DNA of 64,000 bases from the human T2T-CHM13v2.0 reference genome, Homo sapiens, in assembly GCF_009914755.1 (NCBI RefSeq), contig NC_060934.1. One strand, written 5' to 3'. This document shows positions 31,512 to 47,790 of the stretch, piece by piece (positions within the stretch are counted from its first letter, which is position 1; every line of letters begins with the position of its first letter). The notes beneath the pieces were generated by a model. The model saw only the letters and a program-made list of their open reading frames with translations, did not search any database and had not been told where the DNA came from. A program made the translations under genes and the position numbers.

Positions 31512-32138
31512 TTACATTTACTGTTGCTGAAGTACTGACAGTGCAGCCTGAAAATATCTTACGTACTTAGATCAGGAATTAAAAGCAGAAAAAATGGCAG
31601 TATTTTGGGGGTATTAAAGTAAAACATCTGTCTTTAATTTGTATGCATTGTGTTCTGCTTGTATGTAAACCTTTTTAGGATGACAGAGATACCAATCTTT
31701 CATGGCTTGAAAAGATTAAGGGCCCTCAATGGTCTGATTTAAGCTTCATGAGAAATAAACAAATTCGATGAACTCTTTAAATAGTAAATTTCACACCCAA
31801 TACTGTTTCATAATGTAGTGATTCAAACAACAGAACATTTTGGTTAAAATTATCTGACATTAAGTTGGACTTCCAATATGTAATTAATTTTTTATTTTAT
31901 TGAATTCCTTTTTATATTTAGCTCATCAGTTTTAGCACTTTATAGCACACCCTAACTTTATCTAAATTTTTTTGTTAGAGATAACTAATTCATCTATTTT
32001 TTTGAGTAAACCCAGGAAATAATTTTTTGCTGGAGTTTCTGTGCCTCTAGTTTCTGGAGAAATTCTCATGCATGGTAGAGGAAAATCTGGTACTGTTCAG
32101 ATGTGAAGTGCTATGTAAACTTTAAAGTACTATTTTAA

Positions 32139-32487
<349 letters not shown>

Positions 32488-32790
32488 GTATTTGGTGTTT
32501 TTAAGGAGAAAAAGTGTATATTTTGCTGAATGTAAATGTAGCAAATAATTACAGACTTCAGTTGTTTATTAGTATTATTTTAGGCTTATCAAGAATAAAA
32601 AAGCTGAACTTACCTAAAAAGAAACTCACACTAGTATTACTTGTTTATAAAACAACACAATGATCAGAGGAAGTGATTTTTGACAGAAGTATTTGTTAAT
32701 GTTTTAAATTACTAGTTATAAAAAAATCTCTGTTGCATATATGGGGTTATAGTTAAATTAAAATTGGATTTTACTTATATTCGTTTTTAG

Positions 32791-32886
32791 AAATATAAAG
32801 AGAAGGACAAACACAAACAGAAACACAAGAAGCAGCCAGAACCATCACCTGCATTGGTTCCATCCTTGACTGTTACTACAGAAAAA
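32791..32886 (+). CDS. MLLT10: MLLT10/AF10 internal coding exon (about exon 9), 96 nt, phase 0-0, KYKEKDKHKQKHKKQPEPSPALVPSLTVTTEK
   Basis: tcgtttttag|AAATAT acceptor and GAAAAA|gtaagt donor; 32 open codons matching recalled AF10 sequence; in frame with the next exon. Too short for the ORF track. Confidence 0.95.
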
Positions 32887-32972
32887 GTAAGTTTTAAGTA
32901 TCATATTTTGTTTTATGTAATAAGTAGTTATTGTGCTGATTTTCACCTCTAAAAACTGTTTTCATTCCCTAA

Positions 32973-33330
<358 letters not shown>

Positions 33331-33699
33331 TGAATTCTCATTTCTTACCTTATTCTACCTTCTGTTTATTCTGTGCTTGTCTCCAAAGCCTGTTGTTAAG
33401 TAAGGATAACAAGTGGGAACCATCATTGAGACAGAGAATTTTGGCTGTGGGTGGACTTCATTCATCTGAGATTTTGAATTCTGGCCTTGCCACTTACTGA
33501 TTGAGTGTTTAGGTTAATTAACCTTGGTTAACTCAATTATATCATTTGTAAAGTGGGGGAAATTATTAATGAAATGGAATGACAGAATATGTGTAAAGCA
33601 ATTAGAACAGTATTTGGTTCATAGTGAGAATTAGTAAATATTAAGTAGTATTAGGATTATTATCTTGTGGTTAATATGAAAACAGAGGGAGACTGGGAC

Positions 33700-36410
33700 A
33701 GAATAAATAAGTTGGGAAGTGCAGTAGGAGATGAGTCTAGGGTGAGGGACCCATTATGCAAAGCTGTATAAACCAGTGTAAGGACTTTGTGTTTAGTTTG
33801 ATCGAAAAGTGAGCTACTGGAGGTTTCTGAATTGAGATGTAACGTGGTCTGACTTAGGTTTTGAAAGGACCTCTGGCTGCTTTGTTTTGGACAGGCTGTG
33901 GAAAGTCAGAATGGAAGCAGGGAGGCCATTAGCAAGGTATGCAATCGTCCAGAGAGAGATGGTGGTAAAAACAGAGGTAGTGATAGGTGATCAGATTCTG
34001 AATACATACAAAGCCCACCTGACTTTCTTACAGATAAGTTAGAGGCATATGAGAAAGAGAGGATCCATGGATGATTCCAAAGATTTTGGGTCAGATCACT
34101 AGAAGGTATAGAGTCACTGTTAACAAAGAGGGGAAAGACTGTGGGCATAGCAGGTTGAGGGGAAAGAAAGGAATTCAGTTTGGGATGTGGTTTTAGTTTT
34201 CTATTGCAGTTGAAATTACTACAGTATACCAGTTTAAAACAACATAAACTTACTAGTCGTTCTGTAGGCCAGAAGTCTGGGTGGACTCAGCTGTTTCCTC
34301 TAATTAGGGTCTCTCAAGGCCAAAATCAAGGTGTTGGATGGTCTGGGTTCTTATCTGAAAGAATCTGTTTCTACCGTTCGTCAGGTTATTGGCAGAATGA
34401 ATCTGCTTATATGCTTGGTCAGGTTATTGGCAAAATTTGGTTCCTTGTGATTGGTTGTAGGACTGAGGTGCCCACTTCTTTGCTGCCTGTCAGGTGGGGA
34501 TCAGCCCTTGGCTTCTAGAGCCTCTTTTTGTTTCCTTGTGCCATTGTCAGATGATCCCCTCCATCTCATAGGTAGCAATGGCATGTTGAATTCCTCTTAC
34601 ACTTGGAATTTTTTTTTGCATCTCTTTTGCTTTTAGTTGGAGAAAGTTCTCTCTTTAAGCTCATGTGATTAGATTGGGTCTACCTGGAAAGTCCAAGATA
34701 ACGTCCCTATTTTAAAATCCTTAAGTTTAATTACATCTGCAAAGCCCCTTTTGCCATGTAATATAACATATTCACAGGTTTCAGGGATTAGAATGTGGAC
34801 ATCTTGGTTGAGGGGTGCTATCCTGCCTACCACAGATACGTTGGCGTTGAGATGTATCTATTAATATTAGACATCTGAGTAGATATGCTGACTAGCCAGT
34901 TGGATAACTAGTCTGGTATTCAGAAAAGAGGTCTCAACTTTGGATATTAAATGTGGGAATTATATGCATATGGAGTTATTTAAAGCCACAAGACTGAATG
35001 ATACCACTAAGGGAGAAGTGAGTGCAGGTAGAGAAATAGGCCTTAGGAGGCTCAGGACCTCCTGTGTCGAAAGATCTGGAAGAGGAGGTACAACCGACAA
35101 AGGAGACTGAGAAGAGGCTAGAGTTTGGAAGAAAACTAACAGGATGTGGTATGCTGGAAGCCAAGTTAAAGAAAGGTGGGGATAAGTGAACTGTGTCATA
35201 TATTAAGGACTAGCCCTTTTAGTCATTTGGAGGTCATTACTGACCTTGAACAGTTTTAAAGTACTGATTGAGGCAAAAGCCTGATTGGAGTGCTTTATAG
35301 AGAGAATGGGGGAGAAAAGTCAGACAGTGTGTGTAAATGAGGAGCTTTGCTATGAAGAGGAGCAGAAGAATAGGTTAGGGAAGTGGAGATAATGAAGGGT
35401 ATTTTAAAAATAAGATAAATAATAGGATGTTAGGTACACTAATAGGAATGATTCAGTAGAGAGGAGGAATAATGAAATGATAGAAAAGACAGAAATATTG
35501 CTACAGTGATGTCCCCTAGAATATGAGAAGGGATGGGATTTTGGGGAAAATATCTTGTGATAAATCCAGACGTTTTTTGGTAAAGTAAGAAGCAATGCTT
35601 TTAGTTGTGACGATTTGAGGAGTATTAGAGATTTGAGTGAAGAAAAAAAGGCATGAGATGGTTAACTATAATAATGCAAAAGAAAATTTCCACAATGTTT
35701 ACTATGATTTCTGGGTAGTCACAGTGTTCCACCTGAAGGTTCATGGGCAAGACTTAAAGGTGAGGCAGATTTACACAGCTTTTTGTTTTTCTCTATTCTT
35801 GTCCATCTCTATGGACGTGGGCACAGAGTAGGGTTTGGTCAGGTTGTTATTTTACCATCTGAATACAGCGAATGAGTGAGGGTAAATGCCAGGGGGGTTA
35901 TAATGATGGATCATTATATTTAAACCCAGTGGGTAGGGAAATGAGGACAATAGATGAGGGATAGTATATACTGGTTCATGGTTTCTGGTGAAATTAAGGG
36001 ATTGTTGAAGGCTGCGCATGGTGGCTCATGCCTGTAGTTTCAGTACTTTGGGAGGCTGAGGCAGGAGGATTGCTTGAGCCCAGGAGTTTGAGACCAGCCT
36101 GGGCAACTCAGTAAGACCTCAAAGATTGTTGGAGTAGTAAAGAGTGAATTAGAAATATGAAGTGGTATTTAAGAGTAGGATATATGAAATGGAGATTATT
36201 GAGGGTTTGAGATTATTTAATCATATCAGAATCTAGGATGTGATCAGGGCATGAGGGGCTGCTGTAGGGCAGAAGACAAGATCATTGGAAGAGAGGCTGT
36301 CAAGGAACAGAGAGACTGGAGGTTATAAAAGATTGTCTAGATGTATACTGAATTCTCTAAGAAGTAAAATAACAGTAGTGTTGAAGACTGACAGTAATGT
36401 AGGTACTAAG
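33700..36410. mobile_element. L2-derived purine-rich region with nested MLT1 and FLAM
   Basis: ggtctgacttaggttttgaaagga, ccagagagagatggtgg, aaagccacaagactgaatga motifs. Confidence 0.6.
34187..34834 (-). mobile_element. MLT1C/D-like MaLR LTR inserted in L2
   Basis: taaaacaaca..aattacatctgcaaagcccc..cctgcctaccaca. Confidence 0.7.
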
Positions 36411-36412
36411 GT

Positions 36413-36745
36413 AGTGGTTGGCAAGCTTTTTCTGTCAGGGGCTGAATACTAAGTATTTTAGGTTTTGTAGGCCATACTGGCTCTTTTTAATACTCAGACC
36501 TTTGTTGCTGTAGAACAGAGTAGCCATAGACAATTTGTAAACAAGCGGATGTGGCAGTGTTCCAGCAAAACTTTATTTATGGACACTGGAACTTAAATTT
36601 CATAGAATAGTTTTCACGTGTTATGAAATAGTCTTCTTTTGATTTTTTTTTAAAAAGCCATTTAAACGTATTAAAATCATTCTTAGCTGTTGAGCTATAC
36701 AAAAACAGGTGGATGACTAGAGGGCCTGTAGTTTGCTGTATCCTA
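36413..36745. mobile_element. MER58B-like hAT MITE
   Basis: tggcaagctttttctgt..agccatagacaat..aaaactttatttatggacactg..gtagtttgctg. Confidence 0.75.
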
Positions 36746-38229
36746 CCCTAATGATGAGACCTAATGGTTGCTAATGTCTGGTAACTTGAGATTTTTTTGC
36801 TGAAAGGTTTTAGAGAGTTGTAGAATTAACATTGAGGAATGAGGAAACCTACCTCATCTCCATACCCAGTGATACAAGAGCTGTGGGAGCAAAGTAACGT
36901 TGAGATAGCTACAGAGTAAACAGTGGGTTTCAGGGTCGATCTAAGTTTTTGTTGGAACAAGAATCAGAGGAGATGTTCAGAGAAAAGGATGGGGTACATT
37001 GCACCTTGTTCTCGGAGCACAGTGGAAGGCTTTCAGCTGTTGAAGGAGGGGTGGCAGGTGTGGACATAATAGGGGAGGTTCACAACCGTGTAGGGATGAG
37101 GCAGGTGAGGATGGACCAGGAGTCTTTTGATGACTGACATAAAAACAGGGAGAAAGTCATTATCCGATTGACCCTGGTAGACTTCAGGCAAATAAGATGA
37201 GGCCTTGAGTGTTTGAAGAGGTTGGGTAGAGAGGTAGTATGGGCTTCTTCTTGATCCTGATGGCTGGTAGAAGCCTTCAGTCATAGGTTCCTTTTTGGGG
37301 AACGGTGTCATTTTACATTGGTTCACCACACTCTTATCTTCTCTTGATGGAAAGATAGGGATAGGTCAGGGAAAGAAAGGCTGTTTTACCCAGAACTTTA
37401 GGGTTCCTTCTAGACTATATGGGTTTTTAAAAATTATTGATATATCGTAGTTGTACATATTTTGGAGGTACATGTAATATTTTGATACATGTACACAATG
37501 TGTAGACTCCATGGTTGATGATGGTAGAGCACACTTAAATTGAAAGTCAAGGGAACTTTAATTCACTACTGTAATTTTTAAATGTCTGTATCATGTAGTG
37601 TTTGCACAGTTTTAACCTTAGTTTACCATCTCTTACTCCTTAGTAAAAAATTCCGTTTCATTTATTTCTTTATTAACTTAGATTATACTGCCTTATATTT
37701 TTTAGTGCACTTTTTCTGTGACTAACCTTTAACCCTTTTGCATATAAATGTTTTAAAACTAGAAATTAGCAACAAGTATCTACTTCAATATTATGTTATT
37801 AATGTGGTATCACTATCACCTTTTAAATATTGCAACTATAATTTACTAGTGTAATATTTTCACACAAATCTTTGGTAACGATGGTAGTGGACCACCGGTG
37901 ATACATAAGCATTGTTCACTAAGATTGTTATCAGAGGGAGTAAAAGTGTAAGTGTCTTTTCCAGAAGCCATAGCTCTTTGTTTCTATGATTGGGGGATTT
38001 TGGTTCTTAGGTAAAAGATGATTAGATGGAACACATAGGATTCTGTGTCTGCAAGAACTTGATGTACGGAGTCCTTTAATATGACAAAACAAGTAGAGAC
38101 AGCTTATGTTTTTAGGAAAGTGTGGTTACTCCCCTGATTTCCCCAATTTATAGTCTTTCTGAGCACTTCAAACTAGTTTCCTTCTTCCCATGGTAGAAGA
38201 GGATATTGCCAAGGAAAAAAAGGGGAGAT

Positions 38230-38613
<384 letters not shown>

Positions 38614-39801
38614 TTATAAGCCACAGTTCTCTTTTTAAATTGACAAATTGAACCTCACAGCTTGTTAAAAGCAATCTTTAACACATTACCTTTCATTATT
38701 ATTAGAAGACTTAGTTGTTTCTCAGCGTCATTATAAATAGCTCACAATTTTTAGTTGTTTGAATTTTGAGGTAATTTAGCTTTTAAAGTACAGCTTTTGT
38801 TTGTTTTAAGGAAGGTTTTCGTGCACCAGAGATACGTGATCAGGTTTTTGTCTCTTTCTCTTTGCAGCATTTTTTAAAAGAGGATAAAGGAGAACCTAAT
38901 TTTAAGTAAATCCTTTCAATTAGCTGTTAAATTTTGTACTGATTTTTAAGACTTTCAGGAGAAAATTTTTGGTAAAATAAGTTAATTTTTATGTGTAATT
39001 TAAAAATTTTAATGTTTCTTTAAGGATCATCTTTTAAAGAAATCTTTAGAACTTTGAAGTTATAATGAAATCCAAGTGGAGATTTAATCTTTTTTATTGT
39101 CACTTTATCTCTCTGTTCTTTCCTTGTATTTTTACAACACAATACAATTATATTTAAAAGTTAAGCTTTTTTAAAAAGTAAATTTAATTTTGAAGGAAAT
39201 ACACACAATCTTAGGATCATAAGGTATTCAGAAGTCTAATATATCATAAATATATTATACACGATACATTGCACATATTTAAAATAGAAACATTGATAAC
39301 ATTTTGACATATGTACACATTAGTGAAACTACCACCACAATCACAGGCAACAGTTTCCTTGTGACTTCTTTTAATCTCCTTCTCCCTGAGTTCACATCCT
39401 TCCCCAAGCAACTACTGATCTGCTTTTTGTCAGTTTAAATTAGTTTGAATTTTCTGTAATGTTAAAAAATGGAAACATATAGTATGTATGCTTTTTCTGT
39501 CTGGCATCTTTCAGCATAATTATTTTAAGATTTTTTCTTGTTGTATGTTTTAATAGTTCATTTTTTGGCTAACCACAATTGTGTGTATGGATATACTATA
39601 ATTAGCTTATCCATTCAACAATTGATGGACATTCAGGTTGTTTTTAGTTTTGGGCTGTTACAAATAAAGCTACTATAAATATTGTATAAATCTTATAAGA
39701 TATATGTTTTTATTTCTCTTGCATGAATACCAAGGAGTGGAATGGTTGGGCCACATGGTAGGTGTGGCTCACCATGGTAGGTATATGCTTTTTTTGTATG
39801 T

Positions 39802-40085
39802 GTGACGGAGTCTCGCTCTGTCGCCCAGGCTGGAGTGCAGTGGTGCAATCTTGGCTCACTGCAGCCTCTGCCTCTTGGGTTAATGCATTCTCCTGCCTCA
39901 GCCTCCCGAGTAACTGGGACTACAGGCGCCTACCACCATGCCCGGCTAATTTTTTTGTATTTTTTTAGTAGAGATGGGGTTTCGCCGTGTTAGCTAGGAT
40001 GGTCTCAATCTCTGGACCTCGTGATCCGCCCTCCTAGGCCTCCCAAAGTGCTGGGATTACAGGCATGAGCCACCGTGCTTAGCTG
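39802..40085 (-). mobile_element. AluY/Sc-like within L1
   Basis: Alu consensus. Confidence 0.88.
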
Positions 40086-40331
40086 GTATCTTTTTATGTG
40101 CATATTTGTTATTTGTTATTTTTGGTGAAGTGTTTATTAAGCTCTCCCCACCACCTGCTTTTTTTTTATTGGCTTGTTTTGTTGTTATTGACTTTTGTGA
40201 GAGTATGTATTCTGGATGCAGGTCCTTTGTCAGATACATATTTGCAGATACTTATCTCACTCTGTGGCTTATATTTTCATTCTTTTAATCTTTTGAAGAG
40301 CAGACATTCTTTATGAAATTTAGTTTATGAA

Positions 40332-41033
40332 TTTTTTTGTGTTTTCTTTTACAAGCTTTTAAAACTATAATTCAGGAGTATATAGTCACACAGCCCAGAC
40401 TGGTTAGCCAAATCTAAAATAAACTGGCTTCTTATCACAACTAATGTGTGAACATTGCAACCCTTCTTCTCTCCAGAATGACCATAAAAAAAGTTACTGT
40501 AGAGAAACAGAAACCTAGGTTTGAGGCAAAACGTAAAAACCAAAGGAAAAATAGCAATTCAGTGGTTCGTTGGTGAAAGCAGGAAAGTTTGTGCCCTTCA
40601 CTGGGCTACTTTGCTCTTCTTACTCTTAATCTTTTTTTTTTTTTTTTGAGACGGATTCTCGCTTTGTTGGCAGGGTTGGAGTGCAGTGGTGTGATCTCGG
40701 CTCACTGCAGTCTTTGCCTCCTGGGTTCAAGGGATTCTCATGCCTCACCCTCCCGAGTAGCTGGAATTATAGGTGCCCACCACCACGCCTGGCTGATTCT
40801 TGTATTTTTAGTAGAGATAAGGTTTAACCATGTTGGCCAGGCTGGTCTCAAACTCCTGAGCTCAGGTGATCCACCCGCCTTGGCCTCCCAAAGTGCTGGG
40901 ATTACAGGTGAGCCACAATGCCTGGCCTTAGTCTTGCTCTTTTTGTTCCTCTTCTTCAGTCCATCCATGTTAGACCTCAATAGGTTTGAACAAACCATCT
41001 ATTCGTTTCTTTGGAGCTTACCACAGTGATGAT
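40332..41033 (-). pseudogene. 5'-truncated processed pseudogene of SRP14, interrupted by an Alu (40632-40927)
   Basis: Minus strand reads [11 protein letters not shown]/(frameshift)/[23 protein letters not shown][Alu]KSKKSKVAQ*, against recalled SRP14 [39 protein letters not shown]. It is followed by an SRP14-like 3'UTR (tttcctgctttcaccaa..ccactgaattgctatt...tatatactcctg) and an A-rich tail near 40332-40350. Confidence 0.88.
40632..40927 (-). mobile_element. AluS inserted into the SRP14 pseudogene
   Basis: Alu consensus; TSD ttaatct(t)/ttagtctt. Confidence 0.92.
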
Positions 41034-41105
41034 TGTTCCTTGCTAGTGTATAAAAATCCTGTTGAAATTTCTGTGTTTATTTTGTATCCTGCCACCTTGC
41101 TTAAA

Positions 41106-42010
<905 letters not shown>

Positions 42011-42755
42011 GATTATTGTTCTTCTATCTTCTTTTCTAATATATTCATTCAGTGCGATAAATTCCTCTTTAAATGCTGCTTTCCCAGCATCTGACAAATT
42101 TTTATGTTTTATTTTCATTTAGTTCCATATATTTTAAAATTTCTCTTTATATTTCTTCTTTTACTTATATGTTGTTTAGAAGTGTCTTGTTTAATCTCCA
42201 TGTGTTTTTGGATTTATGGCCACCTTTCTGGTATTGATTTCTGGTTTAATTTCACTGTGGTCTGAGAGAGCAAGGCACACTGTATGATTTCTATTCTTTA
42301 AAATTTGTTAAGGTGTGTTTTATGGTCTAGAATGTGGTCCATCTTGGTTAATGTTCCATGTAAGCTGGAGAATAGAAGAATGTGTCATCTGCTGTTGTTG
42401 GACGAAGTAGTCTACAGATGTCAATTATATACAGTTGATTGATAGTACTGTTGAGCTCAACTGTGTCCTTAACTGATTTTCTCACTAGTGTATCTGTTAA
42501 TTTCTGGCTGCAGTATCAATTTCTATCAGTTTTTGCTTCATATATTTTGACTTCTTTTGTTAGTCACATACACATTAAGGATTGTTATGTCTTTTTGAAG
42601 TATTAACACCTTTATCTTATTTTATTACTCTCTTTAGTCCTGATAACTTTCTTTGCTCTGAGTCTGTTCTGTTCATAATATAGTATTTCTGCTTTTTGAA
42701 AATTAGCATTAGCACAGTATACCTTTCTCCATTTCCTTTTTATTTATTTACTTTT

Positions 42756-42858
42756 ATATGGAACGCTTCACGAATTTGCGTGTCACTCTTGCACAGGGGT
42801 CCTACTAATCTTCTCTGTATCATTCTAATTTTTGTATGTGTGCTGCCAAAGTGAGCAC
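42756..42858 (-). pseudogene. U6 snRNA retropseudogene (RNU6-type) inserted in an old L1
   Basis: The reverse complement is a near full-length U6 (GTGCTCACTTTGGCAGCACA...ACAGAGAAGATTAG...CGCAAATTCGTGAAGCGTTCCATAT) with several substitutions, an A-rich tail at about 42740-42755 and TSD atttccttt (42731-42739 / 42860-42868). Confidence 0.93.
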
Positions 42859-44494
42859 GATTTCCTTTAAACTCTACATGTCTTTATATTTAAAGTAGGT
42901 TTCCTGTAGACAACATGTAGTTGCTGCTTGGTTTTGGATCTGTGACAATCTTTATTTTTTAATTGGGGTATTTAGACCATTGCCATTTAAGGTGATTATT
43001 GATATAATTGGGTTAATATCTACCATATTTATTATTATTTTTCATTTTTAAATTTTTGTTACTGTTTTTGTCATTCACAGCTTTTGTGGTTTTTATTGAG
43101 TATTTTATATGATTGCATTTTCTTGTCTTTTTTTTCACCCTCTCATCACACTTTAAGTGTTTTATTTCACTGTCTGCTTGATTGCATGTTTTCTGAGGCA
43201 AATTCAGATATCATTCTTACACTTAGTGCCTGTGTGGGTAAGGTGTTTTCTTCTGGCTTCCTTCGTGGATTTTAATCTTTGAGCATGGAGGTGTACTTCC
43301 CTTACCCCCTCCTTTTTTTGCATTTATCTTGTTTGGCATCCTCTAAGTTTCTTTGATAGCTGGTTTGGCTACTGCCATTTATTCGAGGGGAAGTTTTTGG
43401 ACGTTATGATTTCAAATATTGCTTCTTCTCTTTTCTTCTCTTCCCTGTATTCCCATTTTAACTATGTCATGTGTTTTGTATATGTCCCAGCATTCATGGA
43501 TATTTTGTTTGCTTTTGTTTTCCAGTCTTTTTTCTCTTTCCTTTTCAATTTTGGAAGTTTTTATTGTCATATCCTCAAGCTTAGAGATTTTTTTCTTGAG
43601 TTGTGTCCCACTCTGCTGATGATTCCATCAAAGACATTCTTCATTTCTGTTTGTTTTTGATCTCTCTGGCATTTCTGATTTGCTTTCATTATGCATATGT
43701 TCTTGCATGTTGTCTACCTTTTCCATTAAATTCCTTATCATATTAATTATAGATTTCAAAAATTATTGGTCTCATAATTCCAACATTCCTGCCATGTCTG
43801 ACTTGGTTTCTGATGGTTTTTCACTTTATTTAAACTGTATTTTTTGCCTTTTGTGTTGTTGTTTCAAGTTGAACATTATATCCTGGCAAAGGGAACTGCA
43901 CTATAAATAGGCCTTTAGTTAACGTGCTAGTGAATTGTGGGGAACAGGAGATCTTATATTTCTATAATTAGGTTTCAGTCTTTAGGTGAACCTCTACCCC
44001 TGGAATGTGAACTGCATAGGGGCTTCTTAGTTATTTTTTTCTCCCTCAAGTGGGACAGGATGATGGTTAGAGTCGCCTGAGGTTGTACATTTCCCTTCCC
44101 TAGGTTAGTTAGGCTCTGACAAAAACCTCCACAGGTTAGGATCTGGTTAAATAGTTAAATAGCAGGCCTTGTTAGGAAAAAGAAAGCTCTGGTTATTTCA
44201 AAATGGTTCCTTTTCCCCCTTTATTGGAGGGATCTCTGGGGGACTCTGTCTCCGGTATTCACTCTGTGGGCCTGCTAGAGGTCCTAGAGGTAAAATTCAC
44301 AAAAGTGTGAGGGTCCCCCAAGACCAGGTCCCCCTGGAGGTTTTCTTTTTCGGGCTTGTTCACACTGTGCCTCCAGCAGTATCAACTAAAATAGTTCAGG
44401 TTTTCTTTCCCTGGTACTGGTTCCTGCAGAGGTTTCAGCTGCTGGATTTGCTTAAGTAAGTTGTAAGTCTCTCTGTGCACTGATTTGTCTTTCC

Positions 44495-44965
<471 letters not shown>

Positions 44966-45319
44966 CCCCCAATTTTTTGTTTAGCAGTTTGCCCTGTGAC
45001 CTCTCAATTCACTGATATAAGAGTTGGTGATTTTCAGTTTGTTGAGTTTTGTGTTTGTTTTAGGGCAGAGCAAAGACTTCTCTCTGCTCCTTATATGCTC
45101 AACGAGAAACCAGAATTCCTAGTATAGGCATTTAATGATATAAACTTCCCTCTTAAGTAGGGCTTTATGAATTTTGATATGTTGTGTTTTCATTTTTATT
45201 TAGTTAAAAAATGCTTTGTATGGTTTTCCTTTTCTTCTTTGACCTATGAGTTACTTAAAAGTGTGTTATTTAGTTTAGAAATATTTGGATATTCACTTTG
45301 TTACTGATTTCTAATTTAA

Positions 45320-47790
<2,471 letters not shown>

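Noticed and set aside
42756-42858. Functional U6 gene
   Set aside because: Multiple substitutions, A-tail and TSD, embedded in L1, and no recognisable PSE/TATA promoter.
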